Shown here piece by piece: positions 39,893 through 57,609 of a stretch of DNA of 64,000 nt. This DNA comes from Octopus vulgaris (lineage: Eukaryota). A program made the translations under genes and the position numbers. How positions within the stretch are numbered: the first letter of the stretch is position 1; the number at the start of each line of letters is the position of its first letter. Location: assembly GCA_951406725.2 (NCBI GenBank), contig OX597824.1:19530001-19594000 (forward strand), in the 5' to 3' direction. A model generated the notes under the pieces. The model was not told the DNA's origin. It saw only the letters and a program-made list of their open reading frames with translations, and did not search any database.

Positions 39893-40066
39893 GCATACAT
39901 ACATAATACATACATACATACATACATACATACATAATACATACATACATACATACATACATACATAAAACATACATACATACATACATACATACATTCA
40001 TACATACATACATATATGCATACATACAAAATACATACATACATACATGCATACATACATACATAA

Positions 40067-40097
<31 letters not shown>

Positions 40098-40125
40098 CAT
40101 ACATACATACATGCATACATACATA
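39568..40125. repeat. (TACA)n array with recurring variant motifs
   Basis: Direct reading. Confidence 0.9.
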
Positions 40126-40459
40126 CTCTATTATGAAGCTAGTCTCTTAATTAGCCAAGTGAACCGGTTACTGGTCAGTGGTTTTCGACTAAACTGCATT
40201 GATCTGATAGCTATCACTGATATACGTCTTGTACTAAATTGATCTTGTATCCATTTCAGACACCACGCTTGATTAATTGGTCGACTGTGATCTGAGACTA
40301 AACCATATTGATCTGGTACCTATATCGGTCAATTATCTGAACTGATTGACAGATTGTACTTTGGGGTCAAGTCATGTTAGTGACAGTTCGCTACAATGAT
40401 TGGTCAATGTTGTCCTGAGTGTAACAATCAACATTGACGTTCTACCTATTACTAACATT

Positions 40460-40876
40460 AAGGCGGCGAGCTGGTAGAATCGTTAGCATTTCGGGCGAAA
40501 TGCGTAGCCGTATTTCGTCTGCCGTTACATTCTGAGTTCAAATTCCGCCGAGGTCGACTTTGCCTTTCATCCTTTCGGGGTCGATTAAATAAGTACCAGT
40601 TACGCACTGGGGTCGATATAATCGATTTAATCCGTTTGTCTGTGCTTGTTTGTCCTCTCTGTGTTTAGCCCCTTGTGGGTAGTAAAGAAATAGGTATTTT
40701 GTCTGCCTTTACGTTCTGAGTTCAAATTCCGCCGAGGTCGACTTTGCCTTTCATCCTTTCGGGGTCAATAAATAAAGTACCAGTTTCGCACTGGGGTCGA
40801 TGTAATCGACTTAATCCCTTTGTCTGTCCTTGTTTGTCCCCTCTATGTTTAGCCCCTTGTGGGCAATAAAGAAATA
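40460..40876 (+). mobile_element. SINE family A dimer with a 13-bp TSD
   Basis: tattactaacatt at 40447 and 40877. Confidence 0.9.
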
Positions 40877-41059
40877 TATTACTAACATTGGGGTATGTTG
40901 ATTGATGACCTGTGTTTGATCTGGAATCGAACATTCCAATATTGTTATGATACTATTACTGAGAACTCGGTGAAATGATTGGTTGATTTTGTTGGGCCTA
41001 AAAACTGAAGAGATTCAACTGGTATCGATTCTAGTCCCTCCAACTATTTAAGTGAATTT

Positions 41060-41322
41060 GGATCTTTTCACTTTGACCGACAGATTTAAAAAATAATTTC
41101 TTTGTAACTAAGCACTTTTAAACTTCGTATACTGGTAGAATGTGTTACATAAAACATCTTTTTCTGTTAGCTTTTTTGAGAAAATTATGTAGTTTGTAAG
41201 CTATTTCTTGTATAATTTCTTGCATTTCGGCAATTTCAATCATTCTATGACGTCTATTGAGGTGAATACAATTTCTGCTGTAGTTTGTCAACAACAATCT
41301 ACCGGTCAAAGTGAAAAGATCC
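41060..41322. mobile_element. MITE with 20-bp TIRs and an 8-bp TSD (Merlin-type)
   Basis: ggatcttttcactttgaccg / cggtcaaagtgaaaagatcc; TSD gtgaattt at 41052 and 41323; GG..CC termini. Confidence 0.8.
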
Positions 41323-41542
41323 GTGAATTTATCACCAGGCTATGGTAGGAGACACGCACAAGCTCTAAAAACCAGGCGACCAAAGCCGGGGATATTATAG
41401 TTGAGGGTGGGTGATACCAAGATGGTTTCGTTTCTAATATTGACACAAAGGAAATTACCGAAATTATAGAAAAATTTTGTCAGAATTAGCAAATTGAGTT
41501 CACGCACATTGAGTTGTCTGCAGTACCAGTAATATGCTGTGG

Positions 41543-41595
<53 letters not shown>

Positions 41596-41743
41596 CTGAC
41601 TCTGAAAACCGTCCGTTTCAACAGCTGGCAATGAGCCTAAGAAAATTCCTCGCTGTCTGTCTCATAGCAAATCTAGCTTGGCGTCCTGTCGTGTGAGGAA
41701 CATGAAATGTGCTGACGTCATCGTCCTAGGTACACACGCACGT

Positions 41744-41797
<54 letters not shown>

Positions 41798-41869
41798 ACA
41801 CAATACACATATACATACGCACATACGCACACAGATCACAGATATATACCTACATATGTACATTGTATA

Positions 41870-41909
<40 letters not shown>

Positions 41910-41932
41910 TATACATATATATATATAGACAA

Positions 41933-41980
<48 letters not shown>

Positions 41981-42122
41981 ATACATATATATATATATAC
42001 GTATATATATATACGTATATATATACATATATACATATATATATATATACACATATATATACAAAAATATATATATACTTATATATACACACATATCTAT
42101 ATATACATAAAATATATGTATA

Positions 42123-42169
<47 letters not shown>

Positions 42170-42332
42170 TCACACGTGCACATTCAATGCTTGCATGTGT
42201 GTGTGTGCATGTGCGCGTGCGTGTGCGAGTTTGTGTGTGCGCGCGTGCGCGCGAGCTAAGGGTGATGTTGGATAGGATCTCACCGAATTCCAGCGCTGCC
42301 AGATGTTGATGAGTACTGAGAACTGACTGACG

Positions 42333-42380
<48 letters not shown>

Positions 42381-42668
42381 GAGAGAGAGAGAGTCGTGGT
42401 GGGAGAAAGGACACGTAGAAAGTGGTGGATAGGAAACAAAGAGAAATGTAAATGAGGGCGAGATGATGGACACAAGTGTTTAGGGGGTGAGGTAAAATGG
42501 GCGGGGTGGGGGTGGGGAGATAAGATGGGGGAAAGAGCAGGGGGCAGAAACAAGTGTGGGGGAAAGGAAACAGAGGCCCCGTGGGTTGAGAGAAAGATGT
42601 AGTTCCGTTCGCCCTTTATTTCTCTCTCTCTCTCTCTCTCTTTCGCTTTTACTCCCTCATACACACAC

Positions 42669-42699
<31 letters not shown>

Positions 42700-42738
42700 A
42701 ACAGACAGACAGACAGATAGGGAGACAGAGAGAAAGAC

Positions 42739-42776
<38 letters not shown>

Positions 42777-42849
42777 GAAGGAGAAAGAAGTAGAGCAATA
42801 AGCAAACTTGGATGAATGGTAACATAAATATAAGGACCTCCAGGAGTTA

Positions 42850-46592
<3,743 letters not shown>

Positions 46593-47140
46593 ATTATGTA
46601 TGTATGTATGTATATATGACAACTGGTGTTGCTTTGTTTATGACCCTGTAAGATAGCGGTTTCGCAAACGCATTCGGTAGAAGTACTAGACTTCAAAAAA
46701 GAACGTAAGTACTCGGGTCGATTTATTCAAGTAAAATCCTTCAGGGTGGTGCTCCTGCATGGCCGCAGTCCAATGCTAGAAAACAAGGAAGAAATGACGA
46801 GAAAAAAAAGTCGATCACAGCAGAATTTGAACTCAAAACCTTAAAGGGAGGTAACTGAATAAAGTAAAAAAAAAGAAAAAAAAAACCAGGCCAACGCCGA
46901 TAAATAAGGTTAGACGAAGGTTCAGAGGCAATAGAGGTCAGCTGGTCAGAGTTTCACCTTCCCCTGCCCTTCATCCACATCCATAACAGCCCGCCTTTCA
47001 GTTTTTTGACATGTGAACACAAGCAGAGATGGGAAGATACAAGTGATGTCTATGTGTGTAGGTATGTGCGTGCGTGTGTGTTTGCGTGTGTTTGCGTGTG
47101 TGTGTGTGTGTGTGTGTATGTGTGTGCATGTGTGTGTGTT

Positions 47141-47178
<38 letters not shown>

Positions 47179-47586
47179 CGTTTCATGCATAACGTTCGTT
47201 GACCGAGAAACCATTTTGGAGTGCAGTCTCTGTCTCTCTCTCTCTCTCTCTATCTCCCTATATCCCCCCCTCTATCTCCCTATATCCCCCTCTCTCTCTC
47301 TCCCTATATCCCCCTCTCTCTCTCTCCCTCGCTCACTACATCTATTTCATCTCGCAATTTCTCTCTATCTCCTTATCATTCCATCTCTCTCATTCTCCCT
47401 CCCCCTCTTTCATTCACACTCTCTCTCTTTCAGTCTTCTCCTTCGCTTCTATTTCTTACTCCTACTGAACCCCACATTCGCCAACCACTTTTTCTAACTC
47501 CCTCTCTTTCTCTCTCTCTCACTATGTCTATTCTATCCCTCTATATCTTTTATTTCAATGCTTGTCCGGTTTCTCTCTCCCTCCTT

Positions 47587-47651
<65 letters not shown>

Positions 47652-47693
47652 CATCTATCTGTCTACCTGTCTGTCTGTCCGTCAGTCCGTCCG

Positions 47694-47726
<33 letters not shown>

Positions 47727-48741
47727 ATATATATAACTTGTTGCAAAACCCTTATTATATATATATATATATATATATAAACCGGCTTAGAGAAGAAGAA
47801 GAAACGAAACGAAACGAAACGAATCGAATCGAATCGAATAGAATCGACGCGAAGACGCTCAGTCATACAATAGTGTAATAAATAAAATATATGCATACAT
47901 ACAAACATATATGTACGTACCTACATCTACATGTATATATACATGCATATATAAATATATATACGTTTGTACAGGATACCACAAATAGACGTAGAACTCA
48001 ACGAGAAACGAAAAAGTAAAAACAGCATGGAACGGACCATTTTTTTAAACAACGAAAAAACAGAGTACAAGACAACTACACAAGGAAAATCCCCTTCATC
48101 AGCTGTCCCTAGTTCAACTCCAGCGTGTTTCGAAGGTGAGGACAGAACACGACTCGTCGAACTAGTCCTTCCTGCGAAAGAATTAAATAAAATTCCTTTG
48201 CAGAGGGGTAAAAACAAGGAAAAAAAAATATGACAAAAACAGGACGTAAAAACAATACAATTAAAAACAAATACAAAATAAATATACAATTACAAAAAAT
48301 ACAGTACAAGAAGGAATAAAAACAGGACAGGAAAACAAACATGAGGGCCTATAAGCCTAGACGAGGAAAAAAAAAATTTTCACGAGCGCAGGAAGAAACA
48401 TGTTTACTTGAAGGAGACCGCCAGCGAAAGGAAGTTCGTCGACATGGCTGTGAGAGTGATGAGAAGGAGTGAGAGAGAGAGAGAGAGAGATAGAGAGAGG
48501 AAGGAAGCCAAAGAGGGTGAAAGAAAGAGAGAAGGAGTTATAGAATTTCGCGTCATAATTATATATAAAAACCGGCCTAGAGAAGAAGAAGAAGAAACGA
48601 AACGAAACGAAACGAAACGAATCGAATCGACGCGAGGGCGCTCACTCATACATATATGTATATAAATAGTGATCTCTTGAGCACCACCAGCAAAAATATT
48701 TTTTCCTCTGTCTTCCCTTCTTGGGATCTTTCCTTCTCCTT

Positions 48742-48776
48742 GTTTCCGACGAAGAGCTTTGCTCGAAAAGTTAAAC
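48742..48776 (+). ncRNA. Degenerate HHR-like motif, family P1
   Basis: gttt-CCGACGA-a-gagc ttt gctc-GAAA-agTT-aaac. Confidence 0.45.
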
Positions 48777-48865
48777 CCTCCTTCCCTTCTTTCCTGAGCG
48801 TCAAATAATACTTTAATTGTTCCACGTCCTTGCGTTGCTGTGTTTTTTTCTGTGTTTTCTTGTTT

Positions 48866-48915
<50 letters not shown>

Positions 48916-49049
48916 CAATAAGGGTTTTGCAACAAGTTCCTTGACCACATACCGAAAATTTTAGAAATAGCACCCAAAGGACTACTATTTCCTTTTTCTA
49001 CCAAAATATGTCTCCACAGACAACAATATTTGTAACTCACCCATGGCAA

Positions 49050-49085
<36 letters not shown>

Positions 49086-49394
49086 ACCTTTGTCGTCTTA
49101 CTCCCACTCTACGTTTCATCCTCCAGCCATTTTATTATCCACTCTTCCCTCTCTCTCCTCCCCTTCCCCCCTCTCTATGTATCAACCCCCCACCACCACC
49201 TTTTACTTCAACCTCTGTCCATTTCCTACTTCAGCTTCTCTCTTTCCAGCACTCTTTTTATTTTCCCAGGTAGAGTATCATTCTCTCTCTCTCTCTCCTC
49301 TTCCTTCTTTCTTTCGTTCTCTCTCTCTCTCTCTCCTATTCTTTCTTTCGTTCTTCTCCTCTCTCTTTCTCCATTTCCTTCATTCTTTCGTTCT

Positions 49395-49430
<36 letters not shown>

Positions 49431-49550
49431 CCCTCCTTATTCTTTCTCTTATTCCTGTCCTTCAATCGGAACATCCTGTCCAATGTGTCCCCACCATATT
49501 CAAACAAGCGTAGTGTATGCGAGAGAGAGAGACAGACAGACAGACAGACG

Positions 49551-49618
<68 letters not shown>

Positions 49619-50154
49619 GCTCTGCATGATGATGCGAAACCCGAAATACCAGTCAAAGAAGAAACGTTATATTTGAAGTCCTGATAACGTAGTACTGGAT
49701 ACATTAGACCTGAAGCAAAGGTGGGATGGCCACAACTGGAGCTCTTCTGAAAACATGTCTGCCTGGATTAAATATAAGACCACCGAAAACAACTCGTTAT
49801 TTGGATATGAGCCAATAAGGGACCTGTTAATGGTCACATGATCGACTAGAATTCAATTAAATCTCTTTCGGATCATGTCCAGCTTTCTTTAACCAGAAAG
49901 AACTAATGGGATAATGGAGGTGGTCCTGCATACATTCTGACAGGACAAATAGACGGGACGGGTAGGGTTAGAAAAGCATTAAGACTGACCTGGGGCTAAA
50001 GACAAACAACAAAAACAACGGTGGTAGCGGCTGCGGTGGTGGTGGAAGCGGTTCAGTCATAAATCCGGTCGATCAGGACTGACCTGGAGTTAGACAACAA
50101 CGACATCATCATCATCACCTTCGATCGTAAGTCAAGTTGATCATGCTATGTTCG

Positions 50155-50333
50155 TGAGGGAGTGGATGTGTGGTAAGTTGCTTGTTTACCCACCACACGG
50201 TTCTGGGTTCAGTCCCACTGCGTGCCACCTTGGGCAAGTGTCTTCTACTATAGCCTCAGGCCGAACAAAGCCTTGTGAGTGGATTTGGTAGACGGAAACT
50301 GAAAAAGCCCGTTGTGTGTATGTATATATATAA

Positions 50334-50397
<64 letters not shown>

Positions 50398-50626
50398 GTG
50401 TGTGTGTGTGCTTGTGTGTCTGTGTTTGTCACCCCGCCCAACATCGCTTCACAACCGATGCTGATGTGTTTACGTCCCCGTAATGTAGCGGTTTGGCAAA
50501 AGAGACCGATAGAATAAGTACTAGGCTTACAAAGAATAAGTCCTGAGTTCGATTTGCTCGACTAAAGGCGGTGCTCCAGCATGGCCGCAGTCAAATGACT
50601 GAAACAACTAAAAGAGTAAAAGAGTA
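50155..50626 (+). mobile_element. SINE family B, full length
   Basis: Head, CORE-like ccttgggcaagtgtctt, (TA)(TG) slot, 3' half, (GTAAAAGA)n tail. Confidence 0.85.
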
Positions 50627-50984
50627 AGTTCAAGGTTCAAACGATTCTTCAGAAGGGGTTTCCTTTGTTTTTTGCAGATAAGAATTGAACCCACTTTGTC
50701 CGTCTTTACATTTTGCGTTCAAGTTCCGCCGAGGTTGATTTTGCCTTTTACTTTTTCGGGGTCGGTAAAATATCTACTAGTTGAGCACTGGCGTCGATGT
50801 AATCGACTAGACCCCCACCCGACAAAATTCAAGCCATGTACCTATAGTAGAAAGGATCATTGTGTCAGAACGCTTCCATTTTTTTTATTTGTTGTTGTTT
50901 TTACAGTTGAACCATTCCAGCCAGTGATTTCTCAATTCTATCTGAACTTTACGAACAAAATACCTTTCAATATCTAGTAAAACT

Positions 50985-51385
50985 AAGGTGGCGAGCAGGC
51001 AGAAACGTTAGCACGCCGGGCGAAATGCTCAGCGGTATTTCGTCTCCCGTACGTTCTGAGTTCAAATTCCACCGAGGTCGACTTTGCCTTTCATCCTTTC
51101 GGGGTCGATAAATTAAGTACCAGTTACGCCCTGGCGTTGATATAATCGACTTAATCCGTTTGTCTGTCCTTGTTTGTCCCCTCTGTGTTTAGCCCCTTGT
51201 GGGTAGTAAAGAAATAGGTATTTCGTCTGTCTTTACGTTCTCAGTTCAAATTCCGCCGAGGTCGACTTTGCCATTCGTCCTTTCGGGGGTCGATAAATTA
51301 AGTACCAGTTGAAAAGTGGAGTCGATCAAATCGATTAGCACCTTCCTCCAAAAATTCCTAACCTTGTATCAAAATTTGAAACCAA
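50985..51385 (+). mobile_element. SINE family A dimer, second unit with the alternative tail
   Basis: Junction aaagaaata|ggtatttcgtct at about 51216. Confidence 0.8.
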
Positions 51386-52020
51386 TATTTAGCGAAGTTG
51401 GCTGTGTTCGTATATGCTATCAACAACTGCGAGTCATTTCATTTCTTGTGATAGTATTTTATCTGTCGTGGGAAGTGGGGCTTGAAAGATATAAATCAAA
51501 TCCTTTCAATTGATCTGAAGAGAGTAATATACTGATAGCGAAAGGTCCTCAAATACACATCAAACCCTGTAGAGAACTGAATGGTTTCATGGATCTCGGT
51601 TTGAATCTCCAGCCATGAGTATTCCTCGTGTTCAAGAAACAAGCTCATGGAATTAACGTGTCAGCTAGTCGGAACCTTCTAAAAAGTATAAAATGGAAGG
51701 CATCAGTCATTTTTACTAGAGTTGTCAAGAACTTAACTTTCAGTTAAATACATTTTGAAATCTGATGATCACTATGAACGTATGAAAGCGTTAAATATTT
51801 TTTTCAATGTTTAACACACTTCAACATTGTAAAAAAATGTTTTTAAGCACAATTATAAAAAACGTGAAAACCAGACTATGTTGTAACTGGATCCAACTGA
51901 TATATCATTTTATACACATTTACATAAGCTCTAAGAAAAAAATATATACACATATATATAAGATATATATATATCAGATATATACATATACATACACATA
52001 TATATGTGTGTATGTATACG

Positions 52021-52060
<40 letters not shown>

Positions 52061-52654
52061 GTATGTATATGTATGTATATATATATATGTATATATATTC
52101 GTCACCGCTTCTCAATTTTTCACTGAAAAACGCATATGTTTGTTTAAAATAGAATGCTATGAAATTATAGTTCTTAAGTCTACCGGGAAGTAGTGAGTGG
52201 GTATGTTTGTGTAATTGCTAGCACCCTTATAGTGAATATAACAGGTCTGTGTTCGATTCCTATGCGTACGGAGAACCCACTTTTTCGTCGGGGTCTTATA
52301 TGCCCTAATATTAGACTTCTTACTTCAGTCAATATACGGTGATCTTTTATAAGCGTTTAGCTTATAAATATTAATATTTAAAGAATTGTCACTCGGCACC
52401 GCTCCTCAGTTTGTCGCAGATGCATATATATGTGTGTCTGTGTGTATGTTTTTGGTGCTTGTTCCAGCACTACCGTTTGACACTCAGTAATGAACTGTTT
52501 ACGTTTCTGTTACTTAGCGATTAGGCAAAAAAAATCGATAAAATATGTGCCAGACTTTACAATTAAGTACGGGTTAAACCTTTGAAGCCGTGTCTCCCGC
52601 GTGGCTGCAGGACAACTAAACAAAAATTATTGCTTATCAACTTTCAGATATTTA

Positions 52655-53448
52655 TTTATTTCTTTATTGCCCACAGGGGTCTAAACACAGAGGGGACAAA
52701 CAAGGACAGACAAACGGATTAAGTCTATTACATGCGTAACTGGTACTTATTTAATCGACCCCGAAAGGATGAAAGGCAAAGTAGATCTCGGTGGAATTTG
52801 AACTCAGAACGTAAAGACAGACGAAATACCTATTTCTTTACTACCCACAAGGGGCTAAACACAGCGAAGACAAACAAGGATAGACAAACGGATTAAGTCG
52901 ATTATATCGACCCCAGTGCGTAACTGGTACTTATTTAATCGACACCGAAAGGATGAAAGGCAAAGTCGACCTCGGCGGAATTTGAACTCAGAACGTAACC
53001 TCAGACGAAATACGACTACGCATTTCGCCTGGCATGCTAATGTTTCTTATTTCTTTATTGCTCACAAGAGGCTAAACATAGAGGGGACAAACAAGGACAG
53101 ACAAAGAGATTAAGTCGATTACATCGACCCAGTTTGTAACTGGTACATAATTTATCGACCCCTAAAGGATGACAGGCGGAATATGAACTCAGAACGTAGT
53201 GAGAGACGAAATACCTATTTCTTTACTACCCACAAGGGGCTAAACACAGAGCGGACAAACAAGAACAGACAAACCGGATTAAGTCGTTTATATCGACCCC
53301 AGTGCGTAACTGGTACTTAATTTATCGACACCGAAAGGATGAAAGGCAAAGTCGACCTCGGCGGAATTTGAACTCAGAACGTAACGGCAGACGAAATACT
53401 GCTAAGCATTTCGCCCGGCGTGCTAACGATTCTGCCAACTCACCGCCC
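52655..53448 (-). mobile_element. SINE family A concatemer (~4 units)
   Basis: Repeated units; imperfect flanking direct repeat tatcaaYttt..agatatt. Confidence 0.85.
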
Positions 53449-53589
53449 TGTATCAATTTTTTAGATATTGATTTCTAACCCAGTAGCTAATCAGATATTT
53501 CGAGGGCACGAGAACAGTCGTCTATATCGCACACATACCCCGCCCGGTACTTACCTGATACCTTATGGCACCATATTTTCCTGACACCT

Positions 53590-54110
53590 CTTTACTCTTT
53601 ACTCTTTTACTTGTTTCAATCATTTGACTGCGGCCATGCTGGAGCACCGCCTTTAGTCGAGCAAATCGACCCCGGAACTTATTCTTTGTAAGCCCAGTAC
53701 TTATTTTATCGGTCTCTTTGCCGAACCGCTAAGTGACGGGGATGTAAACACCAACATCGGTTATCAAGTAATGCTAGGGGGACAAACACAGACACACAAA
53801 CTTCTTCTTCGTCGTCGTCGTCATCGTCTTCTTCTTCTTCGTCGTCTTCTTCTTCTTCTTCTTCTTCTTCTTCTTCTTCTTCTTCTTCTTCTTCTTCTTC
53901 TTCTTCTTCTTCTTCTTCTTCTTCATACACACACATATATATACATATATACGACGGGCTTCTTTCAGTTTCCGTCTACCAAATCCACTCACAAGACTTT
54001 GGTCGGCCCGAGGCTATAGTAGAAGACACTTGCCCAAGATGCCACGCAGTGGGACTGAACCCAGAACCATGTGGTTGGTAAGCAAGCCACTTACCACACA
54101 GCCACTCCTA
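53590..54110 (-). mobile_element. SINE family B with (GAA)n in the internal slot
   Basis: Both conserved halves flank (TTC)n at 53801-53924. Confidence 0.85.
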
Positions 54111-54697
54111 CACCGGTAAAAAACCAAAAAATCTGGTGTGATTTGAACTTGGTTCTAAAAAAAGGATAAATTGTCCGATATTTTAACCACTCCACCAGCA
54201 AATATTGCTGCTGTGTCAGATTGAAGCTTTAAGTGGTTAAGATGAAAATGTTTAGAAGTCTGATGCAATAAACATTGATTACACGTGTGTGTGTGTGTGT
54301 GTCTCTGTGTGTGTGTCTCTGTGTGTGTGTCTGTGTCTGTGTGTCACGCTCCCCCACATATAATATTTACCTTGTATTTGAGAAGTGCAGATATTTGCCA
54401 TCAACAACGCAGTTTCAATTACATGTGACGTAACCTTATTTTTAGTAGATATTTTAATTTCCTGCACACACACACACATACACACACGCACACATGTATA
54501 TACATATATATATATGTGTGTATCTTTATATAATCTTATTTATTTTACTGTACCCACACACGCATATATATATATACATATATATATAGATAGATATATA
54601 CATGTATATCCATATATATATATAAATATGTATATATGTATATATATGCATATATAATTTTTTTTTATTTTGCTGTATACACACACGCACACACATA

Positions 54698-54747
<50 letters not shown>

Positions 54748-54936
54748 TTTGTATATTTAAGTAATTTAGGAAATAGCGTTGTCAATCTTAATGTTTCACT
54801 TAATGTTTGTCTAAGAGTACGTGCCTCTCTACGTCTCTCCCCCCTCTCTCCCCCGTCACTCACTCTATATATACATATATATACACACACATATATATAC
54901 ACGGGTATATTATATACATATGTATATATGTGTATA

Positions 54937-54984
<48 letters not shown>

Positions 54985-55127
54985 CATACATACACGCACA
55001 CACATATATACATGCATATGCATACATATGTATATATATGTATATATATATTTACGCATATATATATATGTATATATATATACAAACATATATATATATA
55101 TACATACATATATATGTATATATATAC

Positions 55128-55218
<91 letters not shown>

Positions 55219-55252
55219 TATAGATACATACTCATATATCTATGCATGTGTG

Positions 55253-55316
<64 letters not shown>

Positions 55317-55703
55317 TATATATATGTATATATATAGATAGATAGATGCTGATATATGTGTGCATGCATGTGTAACCCCTTACGTAAGGTGTGAGTATGC
55401 GCAAGTACGCATGTACTACGTAGCGACGGAAGAGGCAAAGCCGTACATAAGAGCATCGTAGACTCTTCTCCCTCCTTGGAATTTCAGAGATGCGAAAGTT
55501 GTTAGCAACACAACTGGGCTTCATTCAGTTACGCGTCTCAGAGTAATGCCGCTTTTATTATTTTTTGTTATTTTATTTTATTAGGGGGGAGGGGGCTTCA
55601 TTTTTTTTTTTTGATACTTTAATGTTTCAATTCGTCACCCTTCGCACTCTATTCATTCTTCTGACTACTCCACTTTTATATCACCTTTATATTTCTTCTT
55701 CTT

Positions 55704-55734
<31 letters not shown>

Positions 55735-55760
55735 TTCTTCTTCTTCTTCTTCTTCTTCTT

Positions 55761-55791
<31 letters not shown>

Positions 55792-55986
55792 TTCTTCTTC
55801 TTCTTCTTCTTATTCTTCTTCTTATTCTTATTCTTCTTCTTCTTCTTCTTCTTCTTCTTCTTCGTCTTCCAACTCCTCCTACTACTACAGCTACACACAC
55901 CGACAGACACAAACATACGCAAATATATATATATATATACATGTGTGTGTGTGTATGACTATATATATATAAATATATATATAAGT

Positions 55987-56029
<43 letters not shown>

Positions 56030-56069
56030 CATACACAAACATACATACATACATACATATATAAATACA

Positions 56070-56449
56070 CTAGCAGTATCGCCCGGCGTTGCTCAGGTTT
56101 GTAAGGGAAATAACTATAAAGCATTTTTAGAGAGTTATAGCCAAAAAATAGCAAAAAAATGGAAAAAAATGATGGTAAATTTTTTTGAGAGTTAAAAAAG
56201 GTGGAGTTGCGTCCCTAGACAGTTTGTGGTTTGTGTTTCGATTCTCGACCCCATGTCGAATTTATCGATTTTTTCAGAACTGGGGGAACTTTTCAAAATT
56301 TTCGCTGCGTTAGTTTTGAATTATGACATTTGGCTATGTGTGTGTCAAGTTTCATCAGAATCGGTTGAAAGCCGTGGTCAGGGTGAGGGTACGAGAAAAC
56401 AGACACACAGAAACACGCACAGACAAACTGCCGTTTATATAGAGAGAGA
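56070..56449 (-). mobile_element. Non-autonomous Helitron
   Basis: Minus strand starts A|TC and ends with a GC hairpin (cctgagcaacgccggg) plus CTAG|T; no TSD. Confidence 0.72.
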
Positions 56450-56559
56450 TATATACATACATATATAGTACAAATTCATAGAAAAACAAAAAAAAACGAA
56501 GACAGGTGGTGTAGACAACAAACAGATGTATTGGTTTAACGCTCGGGAAGTGAATAAGT

Positions 56560-56595
56560 TTTTAACGTTTCGAGTCTACGCTCTTCCACAGAGAG
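56560..56595 (-). ncRNA. Minimal HHR-like motif, family P2 (CUGUGGA)
   Basis: Minus strand reads ctct-CTGTGGA-a-gagcgtagactc-GAAA-cgTT-aaaa. Confidence 0.45.
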
Positions 56596-56857
56596 GAACA
56601 CAGAAAGAAACAAGGAGAGAAGATATAGGATGTGTAGTAGTTACCGATCTATCATGGCATATATATATATATATATATATACATAGAGAGAGAGAGGGAG
56701 AGAGAGAGAGTGGTTGTATAATGTCAACATAACGTGACAATCCCGTAAAGGGGATTACACCACCGCTATACAGCCGTAGGAAGCATCGACGCTTCCTGTC
56801 GGCTTTGACACATTTCCTGTGTCCTAATATTTGGAAAGGGGAGGCAAGCACTCCCAC

Positions 56858-56940
56858 CAGCTAGGACTAGCAACTTGAAGACATGCATGTTTCTGGGTCT
56901 TGTCCGTCATCAGTCCAGGGTACCGAGTCCCCGCTAGCTG
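56858..56940 (-). ncRNA. Type I hammerhead ribozyme with extended stem I, GUC site
   Basis: Minus strand reads cagctag..gact..tgga-CTGATGA-cggacaagaccca-GAAA-catgcatg-TC-ttca..agtc.ctagctg. Confidence 0.72.
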
Positions 56941-57201
56941 CGATGCCTGCCTTTACTTCGCACGTCTTTTATTTTATCACATCACCACTCTAATTCTCCC
57001 TCTCTACTATATATAACCATCTTTATGCCAGCATTGTCTTTCTATCTATTTATCTATCTATTATGTATTGTTTATCTATCTATCTATCTGTCTGCCTGTC
57101 TGTCTGCCCGTCTCTCTGTCTCTTTGTCTGTCTGTTTATCTATCTCTCTATATACCTATCTGTCTGTCTGTCTATGTATATGTTCTACAGTCTGTCTAAC
57201 A

Positions 57202-57330
<129 letters not shown>

Positions 57331-57420
57331 CATTATATATATATATATATATATATCTACCTATCTACCTATCTAACTATCTGTATTGTATCAATATATG
57401 AATGTTTAGCTGAATTTATC

Positions 57421-57457
<37 letters not shown>

Positions 57458-57609
57458 ACACGCGTGTATATATGTGTACACTTGCACACAACAACAAATT
57501 TTGCAAGGCTATGAAACTTTCAGAAGTAGCGAGTTATTTGTCGTGGAAGCCCTAAGAAAGATTTGTTACGTGAGAATTATAGGCACACGAAACGACGCAG
57601 CAACTCATC

